A stretch of DNA of 64,000 bases, from the NCBI GenBank assembly GCA_021824625.1, contig JAKAKE010000181.1, positions 5,209-69,208 on the forward strand, given 5' to 3'. This document shows, piece after piece, positions 1-9,713 of this stretch. The number at the start of each line of letters is the position of its first letter. Position 1 is the stretch's first letter. A program made the position numbers and the translations under genes. This DNA comes from Bacteroidota bacterium (lineage in GTDB: Bacteria > Bacteroidota > Ignavibacteria > Kapaibacteriales > UBA2268). The notes under the pieces are model-generated. The model was not told where the DNA came from. It searched no databases and saw only the letters and a program-made list of their open reading frames with translations.

Positions 1-169
1 TCTCCCTTTTAAATGATACTAATTATCTAAATGAAAAAGAATATAATAGCTTAGATAGAGATAATACTGAAGTAATAAAAATTCTTATATCTACTATAAA
101 AACATCAAAGAAAAATCTTAAAAAAATAATTATTTACTATTCGTTATTCACTATTCACTAAAAAAAAAT

Positions 170-406
170 ATGGCGGAACCCTTATCACCTCAGAAATCAC
201 CTTATGGTATTGAGTTAGAACCTAAAGATTATTGGTGGTGTGCCTGCGGCAGGTCCCAAAACCAACCCTTTTGTGATAGCTCGCACAAAGGAACAGAGTT
301 CAAACCTGTTAATTTTACAATTGCTGAACAGAAAATGTACTGGCTCTGCGGCTGTAAAAAGACAGGGAATCAACCTTTCTGCGACGGCACTCATAAAAAA
401 TTATAA
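170..406 (+). CDS. CDGSH iron-sulfur domain protein (two CDGSH motifs, MiNT/CISD3-like)
   Basis: WCACGRSQNQPFCDSSH and LCGCKKTGNQPFCDGTH motifs. Confidence 0.93.
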   Translation: MAEPLSPQKSPYGIELEPKDYWWCACGRSQNQPFCDSSHKGTEFKPVNFTIAEQKMYWLCGCKKTGNQPFCDGTHKKL

Positions 407-443
407 TATCAAAAACTAAATCGAAAATGATTGAAGTGTATAA

Positions 444-1580
444 CTAAATTTCTGTTGATTTCTCAATTGGTTTTATTGGATAATATAAATTGAAAATTGT
501 TCCTTTTTCTTCGGAAGATGAAAAATCAACTCTCCCACCAAGATACTTTTCAGTCAGAAGCTTTACACTATATGTTCCAATTCCTCTACCCCTACCCTTT
601 GTTGAGAAAGAACGCTGGAAGAGTTGAAGCTGTACATCCTTCGTCATTACAGATTTATTTTTTACCCAAAAGCGGGCTTCATCATTATCAAGATAACATC
701 CAATTGTTACTTCTCCGTCGGGATATTCAGCTTCAATTGCATTTTTCATTAAATTTGTAATTACTCTTCTTAGAAGAACTTTGTCCGAAAATATAATAAA
801 GTCTTCCATGTCATCAGCGATTTTTATTTCGACATTTTCTACAAAATCATAAAATTCCACAAGACTTACAACCTCACAGATAATTTCTTTTGAACATATA
901 TATTTATTATCAAGAATTAGTGAATAATTTTCAGCCGCAATTAACTGTTTTTGAGCATTTATTTCTTCTAATAGCCTTGTTGCAGAAGTTTTAATTAATT
1001 TTCTGTATTTTGATAATTCATCAGGAAGGTCAATTTCAAGTATATCCATTATAGATTTAATACCTAAAGCAATATTAACTAAGTCATGAAAAAATGTCCT
1101 CTCAAGGACCTCTTTTCTTTTTTCGTTTGAAATATCAACGATAGAAAACATAACAAAATTCCTGCTATCAATTTCGATTGGGGTGGTATATACCCTAAAG
1201 TCAAAAGCAATCCCTGTCCCTTCCTGAATTATCCTGCATTCCTGAACATCTTTTACACCTCCGGTGGATGATATAATTGCTTTGTATGCTCCGCACTCAT
1301 TGCAGAATTCAGCGGTCCCGCAACCAAGCAAATTTTCTTTTGAATGTATGCAATTAAGAACTTCACCTGGCCTTTTCCCATAAACAGTATCAATTATTTC
1401 AGCATCGATTAGTCTTAATAAATTATTATTAGAATATATTATCTGCCTATACTCATTCAATATCAGTACAACATCAGGAACTTTATCTAAAAGGTAAGTT
1501 GTTCTATTATTGTCTAAGAAGAAGTTCTTCTGCTCATTAATTGTTTCATTGCTTGCTCTTTGATGTGATATTTCAATCAT
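444..1580 (-). CDS. PAS-domain sensor histidine kinase
   Basis: PAS-like N-terminus with GEVLNC/CGTAEFCNECGA Cys cluster; H-box FFHDLVN; N-box NLMKNAIEA; G-box FSTKGRGRGIGTY. Confidence 0.88.
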   Translation of the reverse strand: MIEISHQRASNETINEQKNFFLDNNRTTYLLDKVPDVVLILNEYRQIIYSNNNLLRLIDAEIIDTVYGKRPGEVLNCIHSKENLLGCGTAEFCNECGAYKAIISSTGGVKDVQECRIIQEGTGIAFDFRVYTTPIEIDSRNFVMFSIVDISNEKRKEVLERTFFHDLVNIALGIKSIMDILEIDLPDELSKYRKLIKTSATRLLEEINAQKQLIAAENYSLILDNKYICSKEIICEVVSLVEFYDFVENVEIKIADDMEDFIIFSDKVLLRRVITNLMKNAIEAEYPDGEVTIGCYLDNDEARFWVKNKSVMTKDVQLQLFQRSFSTKGRGRGIGTYSVKLLTEKYLGGRVDFSSSEEKGTIFNLYYPIKPIEKSTEI

Positions 1581-1844
1581 GTTTTTTTATTATTTTCATA
1601 ATTGTTTTGAAATTAAAAGAAATTAATCCCCATTACAAAAATTAAAATATTTTATTTTAGTAAAACTAAATAATTGCATTCATTTTAAAATTATCTTATT
1701 TTTTAAAAACATAATTTACACAGAACTTAAAAACAATGTATTTAATTTTGAATAAATTGATAAATTAATTTGTTAAGATTCTGACTAAAATACAATTATT
1801 TATATATATTTTCTAAAATTTAATTTAAGGAAGGTTCGGTTTAT

Positions 1845-4325
1845 ATGAGATTAAATTCGATTAAATCTTTTTTACCTAAAGCAGTTGTGTCCATACTCCT
1901 GTTTTTAATGGCTTCGCCTATGTTTGCAAGTGAAGCAGAATTAAAAATTCCCGTTTTACTACCGCATCAATTCAACCTGTTATTAATAGGAATTGCTGTC
2001 TGCGTTCTTGGTATGATTTTCGGGATGTACGAGTTTTTTCATTTAAAAAAGCTCAAAGCTCATAATTCCATGCTTGACGTTGCTGAGCTTATTTTCCAGA
2101 CAGCAAAAACTTACCTTTTACAGCAAGGTAAATTTCTTATTCTTCTGTTTGCTCTTGTGGGTACTGCCATTGCAGTCTATTTCGGCGTTCTGAGTAAGAA
2201 CGAAGCAGGCCATACCATGGGATTCGGAGGTGTGCTTTTAATTCTTGGCTGGTCTGTTGTAGGTATCATGGGTTCTTATGCTGTAGCATGGTTCGGTATA
2301 AGGGTTAATACACTCGCAAACAGCAGAATGGCATTTGCTTCACTCGAGAAAAAACCTCTGAAGCTTTTAAACATACCGCTTCAGGCAGGTATGAGCATCG
2401 GTGTTCTTTTGATATGCGTTGAACTTATTATGATGCTTATCATTTTACTGTTTATCCCAAGGGAATTTGCCGGAGCTTGTTTCATCGGTTTTGCAATCGG
2501 TGAATCACTCGGTGCAAGTGCTCTTCGTATCGCAGGTGGTATTTTCACTAAGATAGCAGACATAGGCTCCGACCTGATGAAAATCGTTTTCAATCTCAAG
2601 GAAGATGACCCGAGCAACCCGGGTGTTATCGCTGACTGCGTCGGCGACAATGCCGGTGACAGCGTTGGCCCGACTGCAGACGGCTTTGAAACTTATGGTG
2701 TAACCGGTGTTGCACTCATCAGCTTCATTGTCCTGGCAGTGCTCCCGCAATACCAGGCTGAACTCATTACATGGATTTTCATAATGCGTATTGCAATGAT
2801 TCTCACTTCTCTCGTTGCATTCTACATTAATAAATTCATCAGCAAAATCAGGTATGGAGGAAAGGATGAACTCGATTTTGAAGTTCCGTTGACCATGCTT
2901 GTTTGGATTACTTCTATCCTTTCAATCATAATTACATTCATAATCAGCTACTGGCAATTATTCGGTTTGAAAGACCCGGCAGGTAATGCCACAAACCTGT
3001 GGCTGGTTCTTGCTGTAATCATAAGCTGTGGTACGCTTGGTGCAGCACTGATTCCCGAGTTCACAAAAATATTCACAAGTACGAAATCGAGACATACAAA
3101 GGAAGTTGTCGTAGCATCCCGTGAAGGTGGTGCCTCACTTACAATTCTTTCAGGACTTGTATCCGGCAACTTCTCTGCTTTCTGGCTTGGCATGGTTTTC
3201 TTCGCATTGATGTTCATTGCATACCAGGCAAGCACACACGGATTGAATCAATTCATGACTTATGAATCAATATTTGCTTTCGGTTTAGTTGCTTTCGGTT
3301 TTCTCGGCATGGGACCCGTTACGATTGCCGTTGACAGTTATGGGCCTGTAACCGATAATGCTCAGTCCATATATGAATTATCAATGATTGAAGGCATAGC
3401 CGGAATAGATAAAGAAATCGAGAAAGATTTTGGTTTTAAACCGAATTTTGATAAGGCAAAAGATTATCTCGAGGCAAATGATGGAGCCGGAAATACATTC
3501 AAAGCCACCTCGAAGCCTGTACTCATCGGCACTGCCGTTGTAGGTGCAACCACAATGATTTTCTCTCTCATACTTGTTCTAAAGAAAGTCATTCTTCCTC
3601 CGGGTGTCGAGCCTACTGCTATTTTGAATATTTTGAATCCATATACGATTCTTGGTTTCATCTGTGGCGGTGCTGTTATTTACTGGTTCACAGGTGCATC
3701 CATGCAGGCTGTTTCAACAGGTGCTTACAAGGCTGTCGAGTTTATTAAACAGCATATCAAACTTGATTCAAAATCTTCAGTTGAAAATTCTAAAGAAGTT
3801 GTCAAGATTTGCACTCAATACGCACAGAAAGGAATGTTCAACATATTCGTAGCAATCTTCTCATTTGCACTTGCTTTTGCGTGTTTCTCAACATCACTCA
3901 AACCCACTGACCCTGCAAATTTACATTCGGCAATGCCTGCGGCATTCTTCATCAGCTACCTGATTTCAATCGCAATATTCGGTTTGTTCCAGGCAGTGTT
4001 CATGGCTAATGCAGGCGGCTGTTGGGACAATGCAAAGAAGATTGTCGAGATTGACCTGAAGGAAAAAGGGACTGAACTCCACGCCGCTACGGTTATCGGC
4101 GACACAGTAGGAGACCCGTTCAAAGACACTTCATCGGTTGCATTGAACCCAATCATCAAGTTCACGACACTATTCGGATTGCTCGCAATGGAAATAGCAA
4201 TCGTTCCCGAATTTGTCAGTACAGCTCCCTATGTAGGCGGATTTTTCTTCGCATTAGCTTTGGTCTTTGTCTATAGGTCATTCTTCTCTATGAGAATACC
4301 ACCGAAGCCTGTAGGAGCAAAGTAG
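1845..4325 (+). CDS. hppA: Membrane-bound ion-translocating pyrophosphatase, K+-independent divergent type
   Basis: GGIFTKIADIGSDL, DCVGDNAGD, DSYGPVTDNAQSI, GNTFKAT, GGCWDNAKK and GDTVGDPFKD motifs; many TM helices. Confidence 0.96.
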   Translation: MRLNSIKSFLPKAVVSILLFLMASPMFASEAELKIPVLLPHQFNLLLIGIAVCVLGMIFGMYEFFHLKKLKAHNSMLDVAELIFQTAKTYLLQQGKFLILLFALVGTAIAVYFGVLSKNEAGHTMGFGGVLLILGWSVVGIMGSYAVAWFGIRVNTLANSRMAFASLEKKPLKLLNIPLQAGMSIGVLLICVELIMMLIILLFIPREFAGACFIGFAIGESLGASALRIAGGIFTKIADIGSDLMKIVFNLKEDDPSNPGVIADCVGDNAGDSVGPTADGFETYGVTGVALISFIVLAVLPQYQAELITWIFIMRIAMILTSLVAFYINKFISKIRYGGKDELDFEVPLTMLVWITSILSIIITFIISYWQLFGLKDPAGNATNLWLVLAVIISCGTLGAALIPEFTKIFTSTKSRHTKEVVVASREGGASLTILSGLVSGNFSAFWLGMVFFALMFIAYQASTHGLNQFMTYESIFAFGLVAFGFLGMGPVTIAVDSYGPVTDNAQSIYELSMIEGIAGIDKEIEKDFGFKPNFDKAKDYLEANDGAGNTFKATSKPVLIGTAVVGATTMIFSLILVLKKVILPPGVEPTAILNILNPYTILGFICGGAVIYWFTGASMQAVSTGAYKAVEFIKQHIKLDSKSSVENSKEVVKICTQYAQKGMFNIFVAIFSFALAFACFSTSLKPTDPANLHSAMPAAFFISYLISIAIFGLFQAVFMANAGGCWDNAKKIVEIDLKEKGTELHAATVIGDTVGDPFKDTSSVALNPIIKFTTLFGLLAMEIAIVPEFVSTAPYVGGFFFALALVFVYRSFFSMRIPPKPVGAK

Positions 4326-4345
4326 AAAAGTATAATTTGATTTAT

Positions 4346-4380
4346 AAAAAGCCACATCCAATTCGGGTGTGGTTTTTTTT
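4346..4380 (+). terminator. Rho-independent terminator after hppA
   Basis: gccacatcc-aattc-gggtgtggt stem followed by a T run and preceded by an A run. Confidence 0.85.
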
Positions 4381-4951
4381 AATTCTGAATTCTGAATTGC
4401 GGTTGTCATTCCAGCGAAAGCAGGAATCAAACATTTAATAGCACACAGATTTTACTGATACAACTGATTTACACTGTTCAGTGATTATCAGTCTCATCCG
4501 TGTCATCAGTGTTCCATTACTCATGGATTATCCCTTCTTCTCAAATCCCAAATCGTTAATCCTTGTTCGTAAATCCTAATTGTCATGCTGAGCTTGTCGA
4601 AGCATCCATATCCTCAAACCAACATCAATTATTATTAAATATAACCTTGAATAACTCCGTAGGAGTTAAACGTTTGTAACAATGACAATACCCGATAAGA
4701 AACACAACTCCGTAGGAGTTGAACCTTCGAGACTTCTCAAATCCCAAATCGTTAATCCTTGTTCGTAAATCCTAATTGTCATTTCAGCGAAAGCAGGAAT
4801 TTATAGCCAAAACCCACATCAAGTTAATCTCCCTTCCTTGGGGAAGAGTTTAGGGTAGGTGTAAAAAAATTCCTGCAATCCCTTAATCCACTTAATTCTA
4901 TTTCAGACAACTTGCGTCACTGGGTAAGAATAACCCCATGCTTCAGCATAG
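4381..4951. repeat. Mosaic cluster of REP-like / short periodic repeats
   Basis: Exact 50-bp direct repeat 4537-4586 / 4733-4782; gtcatt(c/t)cagcgaaagcaggaat at 4405 and 4778; aactccgtaggagtt at 4653 and 4706; gtcatgctgagcttgtcgaagcat at 4582; 9-mer inverted array 4442-4513. Confidence 0.85.
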
Positions 4952-5054
4952 TTTGTACCTGTTTTAATATAATGAGATTTTAAAAATATACTTGATTATT
5001 ATAACAACTTTCACTAATTTAAGGAGATTATTATCAATCAATCCGGTTACTTAT

Positions 5055-6134
5055 ATGAACTACTTTGATTATATTTTGCTTGCTCTTGTTTCAGTTTTTT
5101 TCATTATCCTTATCATGAATTTATCTGTTAAGGTATTCCCTCTTAAAAATAAAAAATCAAATGTTATTATTTCAATTATATTAATTCTAATTTCAGGAAT
5201 TCTCCTGTTATTAAATCCTCGAACTGGCGAACAAACGGATTTAACCGAAAAATATAAAACATTCCGGGCAAATATAAATACGAAGAAGACTAAAAGAAAT
5301 GAACCTGTTGAAAAGGCAATAAGAATTGTTTGCGATTATTATAAATATAAAGATATTACCGTAGTTGATAGTAATATCGTTTGGCTGGATTTATCTTCTT
5401 CAGCTACCGATAATGAATTTTATATTTCTTATTTTTATGATGACACGAATTATATTGATGTATTCACAACGAAAAATGGCGGAATCAGGAATTTATTTCA
5501 TGAACAGGATGAAGTAATTGATAAAAGATTAATGGCTAATCACTTTAAAATTGATAATCAAGCCTATTTTTTATATTCAGTTTCATCCGGAAATGCAGGA
5601 AACATGTCTTTTTATATTTACAAATATAATGGATTAAATAAATTGAAACAGGTTTTTCATTCCTATGATGAATTTTTCAATGGGAGATTTTGGATATCGA
5701 ACGATACAGTGTTTATTCATGGTAATAATCAGATTTTCATTATAATTCAAAAAAATAATATATTCAAATTGATTAATTATATTGAAAAAATTGTACTCGA
5801 CGGTAAAAAAGAACACCTGCTATCATACAAATTTGAGAATAATAAATTTGTAATAAAATTTGATAACAGGATTATAGTATTTACAAAAGGTAATGAGCCG
5901 GAGAGTTTTAATGCCCTGGACACAATTCCTTTTTCGTATGATAATATATTGGTTATAGATGATATTTTTCCGGGTAGAAAAAACAGTATGATTAGAACAT
6001 TGTATTCAAATGGTGATTGGGATTTATCCGGAAAGTATTACAGTAAATTCAAACCGTTAAAAAAAGGATTAGCAATAATAAATGTTGATGTTGATTATGG
6101 AGATTATTATTATGTACCATTTTTCATCAGATAG
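5055..6134 (+). CDS. Hypothetical membrane-anchored protein
   Basis: Long AT-rich ORF (open from 4992; ATG at 5055 preferred); two N-terminal hydrophobic helices, then a beta-rich domain. Confidence 0.7.
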   Translation: MNYFDYILLALVSVFFIILIMNLSVKVFPLKNKKSNVIISIILILISGILLLLNPRTGEQTDLTEKYKTFRANINTKKTKRNEPVEKAIRIVCDYYKYKDITVVDSNIVWLDLSSSATDNEFYISYFYDDTNYIDVFTTKNGGIRNLFHEQDEVIDKRLMANHFKIDNQAYFLYSVSSGNAGNMSFYIYKYNGLNKLKQVFHSYDEFFNGRFWISNDTVFIHGNNQIFIIIQKNNIFKLINYIEKIVLDGKKEHLLSYKFENNKFVIKFDNRIIVFTKGNEPESFNALDTIPFSYDNILVIDDIFPGRKNSMIRTLYSNGDWDLSGKYYSKFKPLKKGLAIINVDVDYGDYYYVPFFIR

Positions 6135-6183
6135 TAATTCTGTTTTTATAATAAAAAAATTATTAATTTGAGAATTCTAAATT

Positions 6184-6224
6184 CCTTCGTGTCCTTCGTG
6201 TCTATCTCTGTGCCCTTAGTCGTA
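6184..6224. repeat. 9-bp periodic repeat (ccttcgtgt type)
   Basis: ccttcgtgt ccttcgtgt ctatctctgtgcccttagtcgta. Confidence 0.55.
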
Positions 6225-6342
6225 AAAAAATTTTATTTCTCAATTTTCAATTATTTTAAAATCCTTTTAAAACAGTTTTCTTGACATATCATCCCTCCTG
6301 TATTAGTTTCCCTCCATTAGTTTTTACATCAAAGGAAATACA

Positions 6343-7104
6343 ATGAAAAAAAAGAGAATAATTTCTAAGAAAAAAATTATAAAGAAAAAACAATTCCAAA
6401 TGGCTTGGCAGCCTCAACCCGGAGAATCTTTAAAAGAATACTTTGCTTTCGAACGCTATCTCCTACTCGGTCCCGGTCGTTCCATTGTCGAAACTGCCCG
6501 TACTTACAGGCTTTGTCGCAATACTATTTCAAAATATGCATCCAGGTGGCATTGGGAACAGCGTGCCTTGCTTTATGATAGCACTCAATATAGATTTAAT
6601 TCCGAAACCATGTTAAAAGAAGCTGAATCTGCCCGTAATCTTCTACGCTCTACAAGGTCTGCTCTCGCCGCAAATGCTGGTAATGTTTTGAACCAGCTTT
6701 CTTCTGTCTTGAAAGATTTTCCTGCTTCCTGTGAAAATCCTCAGGTCACAAAAAGAGTTCGTTTCCTTTTTAACGTTTCCCGCACTATCGAAAAACTTAT
6801 TTCTCTAACTCGTGTACCTTATGAAGAACAATCGTTCATAATCAAATCCATTCCCGAAAATATTCCGCAGCCAAACCAAACAAATGAAAATTCTGCTACT
6901 CAGGAAATAAAACAATCTCCAGTAATTGAGAATAAAGAGGAAAGTAAGCCTGATGAAAATAATAAAGTTCCGCAGGAAATTGAGCAGGAAAAGTTCGTTC
7001 CTGCATCTAATTCTTACTTCTTACAACGTAAGTCAATTGTTAGTAAACTCGATAACTTAAGGGACAAACTTGAGCAGAAAAAAAATGACATCAAACTTGC
7101 TTAA
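6343..7104 (+). CDS. Hypothetical protein with HTH resembling phage terminase-small-subunit-like proteins
   Basis: RBS aagga; WQPQPGES..YFAF..YL.LGPGRS.....R......I..YASRWHWEQRA..YD pattern; basic N-terminus. Confidence 0.6.
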   Translation: MKKKRIISKKKIIKKKQFQMAWQPQPGESLKEYFAFERYLLLGPGRSIVETARTYRLCRNTISKYASRWHWEQRALLYDSTQYRFNSETMLKEAESARNLLRSTRSALAANAGNVLNQLSSVLKDFPASCENPQVTKRVRFLFNVSRTIEKLISLTRVPYEEQSFIIKSIPENIPQPNQTNENSATQEIKQSPVIENKEESKPDENNKVPQEIEQEKFVPASNSYFLQRKSIVSKLDNLRDKLEQKKNDIKLA

Positions 7105-7207
7105 AATGCCCATTTCTGCCCAATTTTGGCTCAATATAACCATCAATTATTTGTTCTTTGAAATCCTTTACGCCCTCTTTGTCCTTTGAGTCATTTGAGA
7201 ATAAAAT

Positions 7208-7260
7208 AATTCAGAATTCAGAATTTAATTATCAATTTTCAATTATCAATTTTCAATTAT
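7208..7260. repeat. 7-bp tandem repeats at a convergent gene junction
   Basis: aattcag x2 then aatt(a/t)tc x4-5. Confidence 0.7.
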
Positions 7261-7814
7261 TTTTTCCATTTAATATTACATCCTATGCTCGGCTTCTGTT
7301 CTTGGCTTACAGGTTTTCCCGCGAGAATGTTATCGAGGGCTGAACGAATATCCGAACCTGTTACTTCCATTCCATTGCCCGGTCTTGAGTCGTCGAATTG
7401 CCCTCGATAAACGAGTTTCATGTCTTTGTCGAATATATAGAAATCGGGTGTACATGCGGCTTTGTAAGCTTTGGCAATTTCCTGTGTCTCATCAAAAAGA
7501 TAGGGGAATTTATAGCCGAGTTCTTCAGCAGTCAGTTCCATATTTTCAGGAGAATCCTCGGGATAATTTTCGACATCATTCGAACTGATGCCTATAAATG
7601 AAATGCCTTTTATCAAATAATCATTTGATAATAAGACTAATTCAGAATTTATGTGCTTGACATAAGGGCAATGATTGCAGATAAACATAATAACAGTTGC
7701 AATATCCGATTTCAATTCTTCTAATGAAAGTGTATTTCCCGAAACAGTGTCGAACGAAATGAAATCTGGAGCTAATGTCCCAAGCGGGAGCATATTAGAT
7801 GGTGTTTCTGACAT
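7257..7814 (-). CDS. Thioredoxin-like / AhpC-TSA family protein
   Basis: FICNHCPYV, AACTPDFYIF, YRGQFDDSRP, PSIGCNIKWK. Confidence 0.93.
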   Translation of the reverse strand: MSETPSNMLPLGTLAPDFISFDTVSGNTLSLEELKSDIATVIMFICNHCPYVKHINSELVLLSNDYLIKGISFIGISSNDVENYPEDSPENMELTAEELGYKFPYLFDETQEIAKAYKAACTPDFYIFDKDMKLVYRGQFDDSRPGNGMEVTGSDIRSALDNILAGKPVSQEQKPSIGCNIKWKK

Positions 7815-7901
7815 AATTTTCCTAATTCATTATTTAAATAAAACAAATAAAATCATTAATCGTGGTTTACCAAAATTTTATTTAAACAACCAAGAAAATA
7901 A

Positions 7902-9674
7902 TTGAGCAAACAAGAAGATATAGAATACAAAGCAATTGACCTGAAAATCCTGAAAAGGCTTCTGGTCTATCTCAAGCCATATAAGAAGTGGGTTGCAGTT
8001 TCTGTTGTTATAACTATCATTTCATCTGCACTTGCACCTGTACTGCCTTACCTGACAAAAATCGCAGTTGATAAGTACATTGAACCCAGGAATTGGAATG
8101 GTTTGGTTGGAATAATATTTATAATTGGTGTTCTTCTTCTTGTTAATGCTTTTCTCAGGTTTGTACTGACATACCTCATGCAATGGCTCGGACAGAAGGT
8201 TCTCTTTGATGTCCGGATGTCAGTATTCAAGCATATTCAATCGCTGAGCATGAGATTTTATGATACTAATCCTGTCGGCAGGCTCGTTACACGCGTAACG
8301 AATGATGTGGAAGGATTGAACGAACTTTTCTCACAGGGTGTTGTGATGATTGCCGCCGATATTATGCTTATTTTCTGGATTATCGGATTTATGTTCTACA
8401 CTAATTGGGAACTTAGCCTTCTGACTTTATCAGTCATACCGCTCCTGTTATTTTCAACCGTTATTTTCAGGAAAAGAGTGAGAGTGTTGTTCCATGACAT
8501 CAGGCTCAGAGTGGCTGAGATGAATACTTTTCTTAATGAGTTTATATCAGGTATAAACACTGTGAAAGTATTTATCCAGGAAGAAAATCAGAATAAAAAG
8601 TTTGACAGTATCAATTCTCAGCACAAAGAACTTTGGGTAAGAACTGTATTTTACTATGCCATTTTCTTTCCTACTGTAGAAATGCTCAGTGCAATTGCTC
8701 TGGGAATTGTTCTGTGGTATTCGGCAGGAAATATCCTTTCGGGAGTAATGACAGTCGGTATTTTGATTGCTTTCACACAATATGCGGAAATGTTTTTCAG
8801 GCCCATAAGAGACCTGACCGAAAAGTTCACAACCTTACAAAGTGCGATGGCATCAGCAGAACGAATACTCAGTATCCTCGATACGAAAGATATAGCAGAT
8901 GATAAGCCGGATGCGAAAGATATGCCGGGATTTCATAAGGCAATTGAATTTAAAAATGTATCTTTCAGCTACGATTCGGCAAAATGGGTTTTGAAGGATG
9001 TTTCATTTACAGTGAATAAAAGTGAGACTGTCGCAATTGTCGGTGCAACAGGAGCAGGGAAGACCTCAATCATAAATTTGCTTTGTAGGTTCTACGATTA
9101 CAATGAAGGTGAGATTCTTATTGATGGGACTGATATTCGCAGTTTAAATCAGAATTCTTTAAGAGAACATTTTGCACTTGTGATGCAGGATGTATATTTA
9201 TTTTCAAGAACTCTTGCCGAAAATATTTCACTTGGCAAGGAACAAGTAAGTGATAAAGATATACGAAAAGCCGCTATATCTCTCGGTGCTGATTATTTTA
9301 TCGAAAGGCTTTCATCAGGATACGAAACTGAAATGATTGACAGAGGCTCAGCACTGTCGGCAGGGCAAAGGCAGTTAATTGCATTTTGCAGGGCTTATGC
9401 AATGAATCCTGAAATTTTAATTTTGGATGAAGCAACATCAAACATTGATTCCGAAACTGAGAGAATAATAGAAAATTCTCTCGAAAAACTTTTGGAAAAT
9501 CGGACATCAATAATTATTGCACACCGACTGTCAACAATCCGCAGGGCTGATAAAATTATAGTACTGCATAAAGGAACAATCAGGGAAATCGGGACACACA
9601 AAGAATTGTTAGCGTTGAACGGCATCTATGCCAGACTATATCAGTTGCAGTTCAAAGAGCAAATAGCGGTGTAA
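7902..9674 (+). CDS. ABC exporter, fused permease/ATPase (MdlB-like)
   Basis: TM domain, Walker A GATGAGKT, signature LSAGQRQ, Walker B ILILDEATS; TTG start. Confidence 0.95.
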   Translation: MSKQEDIEYKAIDLKILKRLLVYLKPYKKWVAVSVVITIISSALAPVLPYLTKIAVDKYIEPRNWNGLVGIIFIIGVLLLVNAFLRFVLTYLMQWLGQKVLFDVRMSVFKHIQSLSMRFYDTNPVGRLVTRVTNDVEGLNELFSQGVVMIAADIMLIFWIIGFMFYTNWELSLLTLSVIPLLLFSTVIFRKRVRVLFHDIRLRVAEMNTFLNEFISGINTVKVFIQEENQNKKFDSINSQHKELWVRTVFYYAIFFPTVEMLSAIALGIVLWYSAGNILSGVMTVGILIAFTQYAEMFFRPIRDLTEKFTTLQSAMASAERILSILDTKDIADDKPDAKDMPGFHKAIEFKNVSFSYDSAKWVLKDVSFTVNKSETVAIVGATGAGKTSIINLLCRFYDYNEGEILIDGTDIRSLNQNSLREHFALVMQDVYLFSRTLAENISLGKEQVSDKDIRKAAISLGADYFIERLSSGYETEMIDRGSALSAGQRQLIAFCRAYAMNPEILILDEATSNIDSETERIIENSLEKLLENRTSIIIAHRLSTIRRADKIIVLHKGTIREIGTHKELLALNGIYARLYQLQFKEQIAV

Positions 9675-9713
9675 ATTAATTCTGAATTTATTAATAAAAA
9701 ATTGCGAATAATA

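Noticed and set aside
4537..4782. Direct repeats as a CRISPR array
   Set aside because: Only two copies per motif, irregular spacing, no cas genes.
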